Part shown: piece by piece, positions 27,591-40,479 of the stretch
How positions within the stretch are numbered: the stretch's first letter is position 1
Layout: every line of letters begins with the position of its first letter
Source: Chiloscyllium plagiosum
Taxonomy: Eukaryota
NCBI RefSeq assembly: GCF_004010195.1
Contig: NC_057759.1
Coordinates: forward strand, 1,159,212 to 1,223,211
Reading direction: 5' to 3'
Length of the DNA stretch: 64,000 nt
Translations under genes and position numbers: made by a program
The notes under the pieces: model-generated
What the model was told of the DNA's origin: nothing
Database searches by the model: none
The model's input: only the letters and a program-made list of their open reading frames with translations

Positions 27591-30500
27591 GAAAGCAGTT
27601 CACGAACCAGGTGACTCAATAACATCGAATGTGTATTTTGCATAAACATTCACTACAAAGTTTGTGCCCACCCTCCCAGAACAAGCTCACATGGGGAAGG
27701 TGGAGGCCCTGGGGTCATTTACATTAAAAAAAAAACTATTATTCACTCATGTTACATGGGCATCACCAGCTGGGCCCAGCGTTTATTGCCCAACTCATCC
27801 CTAGTTGCCACCTTGAGTTGCGGATGAGCTGCATTCTTGAACTGCTGCAGTCCCTGTGCTGTAGATAGACACGCATTGTCCTGAGGGAGGGAATTCCAGG
27901 ATTTTGACCCAATGACACTGAAGGAACATTGTTATATTTCCATATCAGAACACTGAGTGGCCGGAAGGGGAACTTGTAGAGGGTGGGTGTTTCTATGTAA
28001 CTGCTGTACTTGTCCTTCTAGATGGAAGTGGTTGTGGGCTTTGAAGGTGCTGCCTGAGGATCTCTGGTGTATTTCCGCAGTACATGTTGTAGATGGTACA
28101 CACTGCTGCTACTGAGCATGGGTAGTAGAGGAAGTGGGTGCTTGTGGATGTAATTCCAACCAAGTGGAGCTGCTTTGTCCCTCGATGATGTCTAGCTTCT
28201 CAAGTGTTGTTGGAGCTGCAACCATCTGGACAAGTGGGGAGCATTCCATCACACTTCTTTACATGAATATTCCACATTAATAATCATGGAATCCCCTGCA
28301 GTTATCAAGTGGCATTTCCACACACCGGAGCAATTAGTGATTTCAAATAGAAACTGAAAGTCCAAATATTTTATTTTCACACATTCCAGATCCACACAAT
28401 CGAGTGGGTGAAACAATCCACAAATCCCTCTCTAAACCTCTTACCCTTCAGTTTAAAATGAAGTTACCCTCCCCCTGCCCCCGTTACTGACCCTTCGACT
28501 ACAGGAAACAGCTGCTTCTTGTCCCTCTGTCCACGTCCCTCATACTAGAATCATAGAGTCACACAGCAAGGAAACAGACCCTTTGGTCCAACTAGTTCAT
28601 GCCATCCATAATCTCAAATTAAACTTGTCCCACTTGTTTGCACTTGGCCCATTTCTCTCCCAACCTTTCCTACTGTTGTACTTATTGAAGTGTCTTTTAA
28701 ACATTGTAACTGTCCCCATATCTGCCAATTCCTCTGGAAGTTGAATCCACACGTGAACCACTCTCCGTTAAAAAAAACGTTGCCCCTCATGTCATTTTTA
28801 AAAAGGTTTCTCCTCTCACCATAAAAATATGTCCCCTGGTCTTGAAGTCCCCCACTCTTGGGAAAAGACACCTGCCATACACCTCATCTATGCCCATCGT
28901 GATTTCATAAACCTCTATACTCCTCACACTTCTATGGTCCTGTGAAAACAGACTCAGCCCATCCATGTCTCCCTCCCCTAACAACCTTCTCTGTTGTAAA
29001 ACTTCCTTCCAACGTTTCCAGAAAGAGATTTGTCTTTTGTAGATCTTCCCAATCAAATGAATTGTGACGGTGTAGGATAAGCAGCTCAGATTCATACTCA
29101 CCGTTCAATCAACTTGACCTGATCTCTGCATGTTCAACCTTTTTTGCAGGTCTACTCTCACTTGCATCATGAGCTCGATTTCCCATCATCTCCCCTGAAA
29201 TATTTACAAACCATTACCCAACCAAGTTCCAATCCCCACTCTTGACAACAATTTGCTGCTGTTTGCATATGAAAACCCTTGGCAACGAGGACATTGAGCC
29301 AAGGTTGCAAGGAATGAACTCCTGGAATTGTCTGGAACATGGCTCAGAACTTGTATGTTCATAGAACCATAAAATATTACTGTACGGAAGGAGGCCACTC
29401 ATGTCTGTACCAGCTCCTGAAAGAGCTACCCAGCTAGTCCCACTCTCTAGCCCTATCTCTGTAGCCCTCTAACATCATCCCTTTCAAATTTATATCCAGC
29501 TTTCTTTGCGAACCTCCTATGGAATCCTCCTCCACCACTCTCCCAAGCGTGGGTTTGAATCTCTCACTGACTGAGGTTACCATGAAGGACTGTCCTTTTC
29601 CACTTCTCCCCTTGTGTGAGGCATGGTAAACCTCAGGTTAAACCACCACCTACCAGTTATCACTCTCTCCCTCTGTTTCTCTCTCTAACACTCCAGCAGA
29701 CGTCTACCCAGTGTCTTGTATAAGTTCAACATCACCTCCCTGTTCTTGGACTCCACGCCCCTATTAATAAAGCCGAGGGTGCTGTGTTTTTTATTACCTG
29801 CACTCCCTGTTATGCGACCTTCATTGATCTGTGAACATATAACCCCAGCTCCCACTGCTCCTGCATCCCCTTTAGAATTTTACCCCCTCTACTTTGTGTT
29901 GTCTTTCCATTTCTTTCAACTAATGTCTTTCACCAAATTTGTGTTGAATCATTTTTGTCTTTATTTGAATGTTCACTTATTAAAACCTATTCGATTAAAT
30001 TAAACTTCATTTTCTCCCTCCCAGCAGTTTTGATTCATTTCCTTGCTACTAACTAACAAGAACATCCAGGCTAGGATCAGGATCAGGTTGACTCTAGTTG
30101 GCCCATAAGGAAGTTGTTCCACTATTCCATACGATCCCAGTTGATCCCATCTCAGCCTCAACCCCACTTTCCTGCAAACACTCCCTTTGACCCATCACTG
30201 ATTAACAATCTGTCTGTCTGTCTCCTCCTCCAATTTATGCAGTATCCTGGGTAGTGGGGTGAGTTGTTCCCACAGATTTACAACCACCTCTCCATTTGGG
30301 AGAATTCATTCCTCCTCATCTTTGTTTTCAATCTGCCCAGCCCCACATTCTGTAATGATAACATCTTGTTCTAGATTCTCCCACATGAGCAACCATCCTT
30401 TCTCCATCTCCTTTGTCAATACCCCCTTTAGAATCTTATAACCTTCAGTTAGATCTCCTCTCTTCCAAAATCCAGAGAAACTGCTCAGTCTCTCATCTAA

Positions 30501-31569
30501 GACAAACCCTTCATCTCTGGAAATGATCGAGTGAACCTCTTCTGTCCTCAAATGAAGAGATCAAAATTGTACCAGTCTGTTCTCATAAGACAAAGCTTTC
30601 ATCTTGGCAATCAATTCAGTGAATCTCCTCTGAAGTCCCCCCAATTCAACTACATCCCTCCTCAAGTAAGGAGACCAAAACTATCTGCAGTAGTCCAGAT
30701 GTGGAAACCCACACTGTCCAGCTGCAGTAACACTTCCCTAATTTCATACTCCATTCTTTTCACAACAAATGCTCTCCTTTATGACCCGCTCTAGCTATAC
30801 GCTACTTGCTGAGATTCATGCACAAGGACATCCTCATCCCTTTGCACCAAAACAATTTGAATTTTCTCTCCCATTCAGATGACAACTTGCCTTTTTCAAT
30901 TCTTCCAACTACAGTGGATGCTCTCACCAATGTTGGGACTGAACAACGTTCAGTTCAGTGTCTAACGGAAATTGAGATTGTGTCCTCGATTTGAACTGTT
31001 GAACTATTGACCCAGCAACACTAAATGAACAACTAATATATTTCAAGTTGGGATGGTGAGTGGCTGAGGGGGAAATTTGCAGGAAGTGGTATTCTCATGT
31101 AACTGCTGTCCTTGCCCTTCGAGATGGAAGTGGTTGTGGGTTTGGAAGGTGCTACCTGAGAACCTTTGGTGAATGTCTGCAGTGAATCTCAGGTGGTACA
31201 CACTGCTGCTACTGAGCACAGGTGATGGAGAGAGTGGATGGTGTGGATGTGGCGCCAATCAAGCAGGGGCTGTGTTGTCCCTGGATGGTGTTCGGCTTCT
31301 CAAGTGTTGCCTACAAGGTGCATTGCAGAAGTGAGTGAGTGTGTGTGTATGTGTGTGCATGTAAAAGTATGTGCGAGTGTCAATGAGAATGTGTCTCTTT
31401 CTCTCTCACACACACATGCACACCTTCATACTGTCACCCAAATACCCTCCCACTTACCCTCCCAAATACCCTCTCTCATACACACACCCTCATACGCTCT
31501 ATGTGAGCAACATTAGTTTGAAACCCAAGTGGAGCAGGATCACCTGGGTTACCTGCCAGAGTGTCTCAC

Positions 31570-31694
31570 CCACTTTGTTTCCTGGTCCGGAGTTTAATGT
31601 GAAGCCATGTGACGAGAGAAAGGATCAGAAGCATTGGGACAATGAGTACTGCCATCTCAGCGCTATGTTCCTGTGCTGGATTCAGAAGGGATTC
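31570..31694 (-). pseudogene. Transmembrane exon of Fc-receptor-like IgSF gene, copy A (frameshifted)
   Basis: Acceptor ttgacag|, donor |gtgaga; 2 nt shorter than copy B near its start, so the phase-1 frame reads GIPSESSTGT then TAG (31663..31665); the hydrophobic stretch MAVLIVPMLLILSLVTWL is in another frame. Confidence 0.6.
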
Positions 31695-32049
31695 CTGTCA
31701 ATAACATCATTGCTGCAGCAAACATCAACCCCAGTGTTCCCTGTTGCCCTGACACCCTGCCAACACCCATCTATTTGGAGGGAAACCCTTGAGTCTGTGA
31801 AATTCGCTCCAAACCCTCACTATCACAGTGACATCACTGTTTCTGTGCAGCCTCTCATTAACAACATCCCACCAATCCAACCCAGACTATTCGATGCTAA
31901 ACTCAAAAGATCACTCTGCATCCACCCTCTCTAAATCGTTGACTGGAAATTATTGTCCCTCATGTTCACTGCCGAGATATACCAAGGCAACATTTCCCTG
32001 TGTCGTTCACCTGGCAGTGCTAACGGGGCCATTCACAGAGAAACATCGA

Positions 32050-32640
32050 AAATATCATCGGGAGGAGGCCATTCGGCCCCTCCAGCCTGCTTCGCCCATT
32101 CAATGGGATCATGGCTGATCACCCAGCTTCGTCCTGTGCCTCCCCACGCTCCCCCTTTCGCCCCTAAGAACTCTATCCAACTCCTTCCTGAATAACATTC
32201 AGTGTTCTGGCCCTGGCTGCTTTTTGTGACAGAGAATTCTACAGGCTCTCCACTCTCTGGGTAAAGACATTTCTCCCCATCTCAGTCTTGTCACGTCTCC
32301 TTTAGACAGTGACCCCCTGGTTCTAGACTCTCTGCCTGGCACAGGGAACACCCTTCCTGTGTTTACTCTGTCTTGTCCTTGTTCAAATTTAATAGATTTC
32401 TACAAGACTCCCCCTTAATTCTTTTCAACTCCAGTGAATATCGAGCTAACTGATCCAGTCTCTCTCCACCCGTCAGTTCTGCTATCCCAGAAATTGCTCT
32501 GGGAAACCTTTGTTGCACTCCCTTCACAGGCACAATGTCCTTCCGCAGATAAGGAAACGCCGAAACTACACACAGGTCTCCAGGGTGTGGTCTCACTCTG
32601 TCCAATTGTGGCAAGCCATCCCTGCTCCAGGACTTGAAAC
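32050..32640 (-). mobile_element. Intronic CR1 3' fragment (paralogue 53010-53580)
   Basis: VRPHP...PYLRKDIVPVKGVQQRFPR...YSLELKRIKG. Confidence 0.75.
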
Positions 32641-32885
32641 ATCTCTCCGTGAAGGTCTCCCTTATCTGAGCAAGGATGTTACACATTCTCTCTCTCTGCG
32701 TTTTTCCAGCACTGGCTGTGTTTATAACCTGCAACATTAACTCTGTCTGTCTGTCTATCTCTCTCCCTCCACAGATGCTGCCAGACCTGCTGAGTGCCTG
32801 AGACAATTTTTAGAGAGTGCATGTCAAGTCTTCAGCTGCACCCCAGTGAAGAACCAGCACGGATCATGGATGAAGAATGGATTAC

Positions 32886-33188
32886 CTAGCACCGTGAGGC
32901 AGATGGAATTACTGATTACATTAGATATTATTCCACTGGGACCCCTGTTGATCACGAGACACTGGTACCCGCCTTGGCATTTGGACTGGAAGGATTCAAT
33001 GGCCGGTTCTGTCCTGTCTGAGCTAGAGTTGTAATTCCTGCTGGCATTGTTTAAGGCTTTCTGTTGAAAGTACCATCGAAAACAGGGTCCAGTACCTCGG
33101 CTCAGTACACACTCTGGAACGAGAAGACTCCCAATCAGAACCTCCGTTTTATTGGCTCTGGGAGTGAGGAAAACCCCAGCAACAGGAA
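32886..33188 (-). CDS. Ig-like (C2/FCRL-type) domain exon, open frame, copy A; gene as a whole probably decaying
   Basis: Polypyrimidine acceptor tcttgttttgttccag|, donor |gtaatc, 303 bp, phase 1-1; (V)PVAGVFLTP...EVLIGSLLVPECVLSRGTGPCFRWYFQQ...QGGYQCLVIN...SNSICLTVL with canonical C-W-YxC. Confidence 0.8.
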
Positions 33189-33419
33189 CTGGAACAAAAC
33201 AAGACAAAGAGGAAATAACAGATCGGACGCTGAAATTGTCTCTTTTTTTCACAGATGTTACCTTCGATGACAGGATAATAATTGATGGAAAGGAGAAATA
33301 AAACAAGTGAGATTTCACATCATCGTAAAGTCTCCTTATGTTGTAAAAGCTACATTTCGAAAGATTTGTGTTAACTATGGATGGCCAAGTCATCCAACCA
33401 TTGCCTCTCCATGTTCCAT

Positions 33420-34560
33420 GGTGTTACCATCACTGTCCCCACCCTCTTCCCACGATGAACCTCCTTGTGGTTACCATCACTGTCCCCACCTCCACTCCAC
33501 CATCAACATCCTGAAGGTTAATATCACTGCCCCCACACTCATCCCAGGATCAACATCCTGAGGGTTACTGTTGGGAAAGTTGACATGGTTTGCCTGGAAG
33601 CCATTTTCCTAATCTGGCTGAGAAACCATTTTGTGTCCCCAGAACTTTTCTGGCTGTGCAGTTCTTACTCTTAGGTAACGTGAAAGGTAGGCCTTATCTT
33701 CCTAAGGTGTCACGTTAGTGTTTTTCCCACTTTGATGAATGATCAGAGCAGGCTGCAGCATGAGTCAAGCGGACATAGACGTGACAATTAGTCCCACTTC
33801 CTTTACGAGATATTGCCACTTCACGGTCGTTCAACTAATTAGGGACATCTCTTAGTGTTATCAATCTGTGTGAAATACTTGTGGAATGCATAATGGTGCT
33901 AAGTTTTGACCCTAATGACTAATGTCTAATTTAGTACCAAACTGTGTAATCAACAATCAGTCTCTATCTGCTTTCTCTATATAATCCTGTAGTATCCTGA
34001 TGTACATCGGAAAAGCACTGAGCCACAGTTAGGATGGTGAATTCCTCATGATATATCGTGGAATAAGCTAATCAGTTCTCAAGGTCGGAATCTCGAGAGT
34101 TTTCTTCAACAGTTACCATCACTGTCTCCATCTCCACTGTCAATATTCTGGAGGTTACCATCACTGTCCACATCCCCACTATCAACATCCTGGGTGTTAC
34201 CGTCACTGTCCCCATCTCCACTATCAACATCCTGGGGGTTACCATCACTGTCCCCACCCCTACCCTATTGTCAATATCCTGGAAGTTATCATCACTGTCC
34301 TCATCCCCACTATCAACATCCTGGGGGTTACTGTCACTGTCCCCACCCCATCCCCACTATCAACATCCTGGGGGTTACCATCACTGTCCCCATTCCTACT
34401 ATCAACATCCTGGGGGTTACAATCACTGTCCCCATCCACAGTATCAACATCCTGGGGGTTACTGTTACTGTCCCCACCCCTACCCTACTATCAACATCCT
34501 GGGGGTTACCATCACTGTCCCCAGTCCCACCCCACTATGAACATCTTTGATGTTACCATC
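33420..34560. repeat. Minisatellite, 42-48-bp unit, interrupted by a solo LTR
   Basis: ccatcactgtccccatccccactatcaacatcctgggggtta repeated ~3x before and ~10x after the insertion. Confidence 0.9.
33569..34111 (+). mobile_element. Solo LTR, 543 bp, 5-bp TSD
   Basis: Termini TGTTG...CAACA; GTTAC at 33564..33568 and 34112..34116; TATATAA near 33978 and AATAAG near 34062 suggest + orientation. Confidence 0.8.
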
Positions 34561-34714
34561 AGCCTCCCCTAGCTCATACTGTCTAAGCTTCTACCTTTCT
34601 CTGATAGATTGCTTAACAAGGAATTGTAGAGTCAGAGGTCTACAGCACAAAAACAACTGAAACCATGCCAGTCAAAAGAAACCAACTTTATTCTCGAATA
34701 TATTTTTCCCAGTC

Positions 34715-35510
34715 ATAGGGTCATACAGTACGGAAATAGGCCCGTCGGCCCAACGCGTCCATGCTGACCAGGTCTCACAAACGAAATAGTCAAATTTGTT
34801 TGCATTTGGCCCATATCTGTCTCAATGTTTCCTATCCATGTATCTTTCCAAATCTCTTTTGGAGGTTGTTATTGTACCCACTTCTAACACTTCCTCGGGC
34901 AGCTCATTCCAAATATGCACCACCATCTGTGTGAAGAAGTTACCCCTTCAGTCGCTTTTCAATCTTTCCTTGCTCACCTGAAACCAATGCCCTCTAGGTT
35001 TGGAATCCCCTGCCCTGGGTAAAAGACCTTGGCTATTCACCTTACCCAACCTCATATTTCTGTAAGAAAATACAAGTGAAACGTCAAGGACCACTTAATC
35101 TGACTCGACCCTGGCATCACAAATGAACATCTAAATCCTTCTTCAATGTGATGAGGATTTCTGCCTCTCTCACCCTTACAGGCAGTGAGTTCCAGATTCC
35201 CCACTACCCTCTGGGTGAAAATGTTTTCCTCTACATCCCTCTCTAAACCTCCTATCCCTTACTTTCAATCTATGCCCCTCCCCTAGTCATTAATCATTCC
35301 ATCAAGAGGGAAAAGTTTCTTCCTGTCCACCCTGTCTACACCCATTATTTTATACATCTCAATCATGCCACCACACTCTATCTCCTCTGCTTTCAGGAAA
35401 GCAACCACAGTCTATCCAATCTCTCTCCATCACTGAAACTCTCTAGCAACCAAAGTAAAATCCTGGTAAATCTCCCTCTGCACTCTCCCCCATTGCTATC
35501 ACATTGCTCT
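34715..35510 (-). mobile_element. Two LINE 3' fragments (CR1/L2 group)
   Basis: CR1-type tail ggccgacgggcctatttccgtactgtatgac and ttttcacccagagggtagtgggga-type RT C-terminal motifs. Confidence 0.6.
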
Positions 35511-35548
35511 GATAATGTAGATTTGTATAAAGTCCCTTACAAACTTAC

Positions 35549-35819
35549 TGCTCACAGAAACAGCGAGGAATTTGCTGTTCAGGAGAGACCCTGCCTGCTG
35601 GTTAGAAACAGCACAGTGATAATTGCCCTCTTGATGTTTGCTGATGTTGATGATTGTGTGTACGGCTCTGCTGTGATTGGAGTATTCCTAGTAAGTTGCC
35701 TCACATCCTTCAGGAAAATATATTGAATTGGAGTCAAACCAAGTGGTTTAAAGGGGTGCTGTCTCCCTCCACTACCGGGTTTCTAGGACTGACACAGGGA
35801 TGCTTGTGATTAAACCAAA
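35549..35819 (-). pseudogene. Degenerate Ig-like (FCRL-type) domain exon, not in the ORF track
   Basis: Acceptor cctaacag|, donor |gtaagt (phase 1); three frames give WFNHKHPCVSPRNPVVEGDS / TPIQYIFLKDVRQL / AVHTIINISKHQEGNYHCAVSNQQAGSLLNSKFLAVSVS; at least 2 frameshifts and first Cys lost. Confidence 0.72.
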
Positions 35820-35919
35820 CTGTTAGGCACTTTTCTAAGGCAGGAATTGTTGTGCTCAGCAACACATAGTACTCCCACCATACACTCAGAGAAAGTTACA
35901 TAGTCACTGAGAGAGTCAG

Positions 35920-38900
35920 AGGGTCATAGAGCATAGAAAAGTACAGCACAGAACAAGCCCTTTGGCCCACGATGTTGTGCTGAGGTTTAATCCTAATGTT
36001 AAATTTCATAACTTATCCTATGCACCCCTCAACTCACAGCTATCCATGTGCATGTCTAGCTGTCACTTAAATGTCCCTAATGACTCTGCTTCCACCACCA
36101 CAGCTGGCAACACATTCCATGCATTCACAACTCTCCGCGTAAAGAACCTACGTCTGACGTCTCCTTTATACCTTCCTCCTAATATCTTCAAACTATGACT
36201 CCTCATACCAGTCATTCCTGCCCTGGGGAAAAGTCTCCGGATATTGACTCTATCTATTCCTCTCATTATTTTGTACACCTCGATCAGGTCTCCTCTCTTT
36301 CTCCTTCTCTCCAGAGACAAAAGTCCGAGCTAATTCAACCTTTCTTCAGAAGTCAAGCACTCCAGTCCAGGCAGCATCCTGGTAAACCTTCTTTGCAACC
36401 TCTCCAAAGCCTCTGTATCTTTCCTATGCTAGGGCGACCAGAACTGGACACAATATTCCAAGTGTGGTCTCACCAAGGACTTGTAGAGATGCAGCAAAAC
36501 CTCGCGGCTCTTAAACTCGATCCCCCTGTTAATGAAAGCCAAAACACCATATGCTTTCTTAACAACCCGATCTACTTGGGTGGCAACTTTGAGAGATCTA
36601 TGCACTTACATACCGAGATCCCTCTGTTCCTCCACAATGCCAAGAATCCTGTCTTTAATCCTATATTCAGCATTCAAGTTTGACCTTCCAAAATGCATCG
36701 TTTCGCATTTATCCAGGTTGAACTCCATCTGCCATTTCTCAGCCCAGCTCTGCATCCTGTCTATGTCGCGCTGCAGCCTGCATTAGCCCTCTATACTATC
36801 AATGACACCTCCAAGCTTTGTGTCATCTGCAAATTTACTAACTCACAATTCAACCTACTCATCCAAGTCATTTATAAAAACTACAAAGAGCAGAGGCCCA
36901 AGAACAGAGCCCTGCGAGACCCCACTCAACACTGACATCCAGGCAGAATACTTTCCAACTACAATCACTCTCTGCCTTCTGTCAGCTAGCCAATTCTGAA
37001 TCCAGATAGCCAAATCTCCCCGAGTCCCATACTTCCTGACTTTATGAAGGAGCCTACCATGGGCAACCTTACCAAATGCCTTGCTGACGTCCATATACAC
37101 CACATCCACTGCTTGACCATCGTCAACCTGTCTTGACACCTCCTCAAAGAACTCAATAAGATTTGTGAGGCATCACCTGCCCGTCACAAAGCTATACTGA
37201 CTGCCTTTGATCACACTACGCTTTGCCAAATAGTCATAAATCCCATCCCTCAGAATTCTTTCCACAACTTTGCTGACCACAGACGTAAGACTGACTGGTC
37301 TGTAATTGCCAGCGATTTCCCTATTACTCTTCTTGAAAAGAGGAACGACATTCATCTCCTTCCAATCCTCCGGTACGACTCCCGTGGAGAGTGAGGAGGC
37401 AAATATCCTCGCCAGCAGCTTAGCAACCTCCTTTCTCGCTTCCCGGAGCAGCCTAGGGTAAATCTGGTCTCGCCCTGGGGACTTATCAATCTTAATGTTT
37501 TCCAAAATTTCTAGCGCATCAACTTCATCAATCTTGATCTGGCCAAGACTGTGTCCCAGCTCCTAAGTTTTCATTTACAACAAGTTCCCTTTTCTTGGTG
37601 AAAACCAAAGCAAAAAACTCATTTAGGGCTTCCCCTATCTGCTCAGATGCCATGCACAAATTCCCTCCGCTATCCCTGATCGGCCCTACCTTCTCCCTGA
37701 TCATTCTCTTATTCATCACGTAGGAATAAAATGCCTTTGGGTTCTCCCGAATTCTTCTTGCCAAGCCTTTTTCGTGCCCCCTCCTGGCTCTCCTCAGTCC
37801 ATTTCTGAGCTCCTTTTTAGCAAGCCTGTAATCCTCTGAAGCTGTGCTAGATCCGTGCTTCCTCCACCTTACGTAAGCTGTCTTCTTCCTTTTGACAATA
37901 AGTTCCTCTGTTCTCATCATCCAAGATTCCTTAATCTTACCCTTATTACCTGTCTCAGAGGAACAAGTTCATGCATCACTCGCACCAACTGCTCCTTCAA
38001 TAGTCTCCACATGTCTGCTGTGCCCCGCTACGCCCTTTCTGTGAAATAATTGCTCCCAGTCTGTATTTCCCAAATCCTGTCTGATAGAGTTTTAATTTCC
38101 TTTTCCCCAATTGAATATGTTCCTTCGGTAATTGCTCCTTTTCCATTCCAAGGCTATGCTAAATGTGAGACAGTTGTGATCACTTTCACCAAAGTGCTCT
38201 CCCACTGAGAGATCTGACACCTGTCCTGGCTCGTTGCCAAGCACCAAATCCAAAATGGCCTTTATGGGTGGCACGGTGGCACAGTGATTAGCACTGCTGC
38301 CTCACAGTGCCAGAGACTCAGGTTCAATTCCCTTCTCAGGCAACTGTCTGTGTAGAGTTTGCATATTCTCCCCATGCCTGCGTGGGTTTCCTCCGGGTGC
38401 TCCGGTTTCCTCCCACCATCCAAAAATGTGCAGGTTAGGTGAATTGGCCATGCTAAATTGCCTGTAGTGTTAGGTAAGGAGTAAATGTAGGGGAATGGGT
38501 CTGGGTGGGTTGCGCTTCGGCTGGTCGGTGTGGACTTGTTGGGCCAAAGGGCCTGTTTCCACACTGTAAATAATCTAATGTAATCTAATCTAATCTAAAT
38601 TGACTGTAGTGTTAGGTGAGGGGGTAAATGTAGGGGAATGCGTCTGGGTGGGTTGCTCTTCGGAGGGTCGGTGGACTTGTGTGCCAGGGGCCTGTTTCCA
38701 CACTGTAGGTAATCTAATCTCCACTCATCGCCCTGTCGATGTACTAAGTAAGGAACCCCTCCTGAACACACCTGGTAAAAACGGCTCCATCCAAACCATC
38801 TGCACTTAGGAGGTTCCAGTCGATATTGGGAAAGCTGAAATCACTCATAATAACAACCCTGCTACTTGTGCACTTTTCCAGAATCTGCCCACCTGTGAGA

Positions 38901-40180
38901 TCTTCAATCTCTCTACTGCGAGTAGGTGTTCTGTAGAAAACCCTTGCCGTTCCTAACTTCCACCCATACTGACTCAGCAGACAAACCTTCCTCAACAACC
39001 TTCGTTTCTGCAGCTGTGATGCACTCTCTGATTAGCAATGCTACACCCCCTCCTCTTTTTCCACCCTCCCTGTTCTTTTGAAATGTTCTAAATCCTGGAA
39101 CATCAAGCAACCATTCCTGCCCCTGTGAACCCACGTCTCCATTATGAGCACAATATCGTAGCCCCAAGTACTGATCCATGCTCTAAGTTCGTCACTCTTA
39201 TTTCGGACACTCCTTGCATTAAAGCAGACATACTTTAACCGATCCCTTTGTTTCAACGTGTGAGAAACCTTCCTGATAGATTCAATACATCCAATCATTG
39301 CCCCGTCTGCAACTGACCCTCTCTCAGACATGTGGCTCTGATTCCCACCCCATTGCCAAACAAGTTTAAACCCTCCCGAATCACATGAGCAAATCTCCCA
39401 TCCAGGACATTTGTGCCCCTCCAGATCAGGTGCAACCCGTCCTTCATGTACAGGTCCTAACTTCTCCCCAGAAGGTATCCCAATGGTTTAGGTATCTGAA
39501 GCCCTCCCTCCTGCACAGCCTCGCAGACATGTGTTAAGCTACATTCGCTGAGTGTTCCTCATCTCTCTATCTTGTGGCACCGGTAGCAAACCCGAGATCA
39601 CTATTCTACTCGTCCTGCTCTTCAGCTTCCAATCTAACTTTTCAGATCCTCAATCCCTTTCCTGGCTATATCATTGCTGCCAATATGTACCACGATTTCT
39701 GGCTGCTCACCCCCGTTCAGAAACCCAATCGGTGACATCCGGGACCCTGGCACCGGGGAGGCAACATACCTTCCGGGAGTCCTGTTCCTGACCACAAAAT
39801 CTCCTGTCAATCCGTCTAACTATTGAGTCTCGTACCACTCGCACTTTTCTATTTTCCTCCCTTCCCTTCTGAGCCACGGTACCAGAGACCTGACAAATAT
39901 GGTTTTCCCCTGGAAGGCTATCCCCACCAGCAGTAACCAAAACAGTATACTTATTGCTGAGGGGAACAGCCACAGGGGACCCCTGCTCTGACCGTCGGTT
40001 CCCTTTCCTCGCGCTAACCCAGCTGTCCTTATACCGTGTCAGGGGAGTGACCACCTCACTGTACATCCTCTTAATTTCCCCCTCAGCCTCCCGGATGATC
40101 CGTAGTTCATCCAGCTCCAGCTCTCTGACGCGGTTTTCGAGGAGCTGGAGTTAGGTGTACTTCCCACTTAAAACCTTCTC
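35920..40180 (-). mobile_element. Near full-length degenerate CR1/HER1-type LINE (ORF1 esterase, endonuclease, RT, tail)
   Basis: ORF1 RDSIVRRIDRRFCG...VCCLPGARV (39707..40066); EN YVCFNARSVRNK, SDFSFPNIDW, LDLVLGN, SDHN; RT NYRPVSLTS, SQGSVLGPLLF; tail ttctatgctctatg. Confidence 0.92.
38266..38720 (+). mobile_element. HE1-type V-SINE with duplicated 3' tail, nested in the LINE
   Basis: Head gggtggcacggtggcacagtg, V-domain, tail + (taatc)n at ~38570-38598, second tail 38600-38720. Confidence 0.9.
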
Positions 40181-40479
40181 AGAAGTCCTTCGCTCCTCCC
40201 TCGCACCTCTCGGCAAAATCATGGAAAGGCAAGGAGAAACAGAGAGATATACAGAGGGGCATGGTCATAAAGAAACATGGTCATACAGAGACACAGGGAA
40301 ACACACGATCACAGAGTCATCGAGATTAATCAACATAGACAAAGAGTTAAAGCAAGTTATGGACAGTCAAACACACAGAGAGATAGATGTATAGAGAGAC
40401 CTCGCGGTTTGTACAAAGTGCCTCACTGGGAGGGGGAATCACTCCTGTCCCCCTCCACCCCCCAATAACCACCATCCTG

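Larger units (their letters stand above)
11742..33388 (+). repeat. Segmental duplication copy A (direct paralogue of 42353..54326), expanded by private TE insertions
   Basis: Collinear anchors: 11742/42353, 12960/43500, 15321/44199, 19300/45625, 23022/45962, 29270/49080, 31010/51945, 33388/54326. Confidence 0.92.

Noticed and set aside
34112-34560. Regular repeats resembling a CRISPR array, or His/Pro-rich repeat ORFs (also 21124..21320)
   Set aside because: Head-to-tail minisatellites without unique spacers, no cas genes, eukaryotic context
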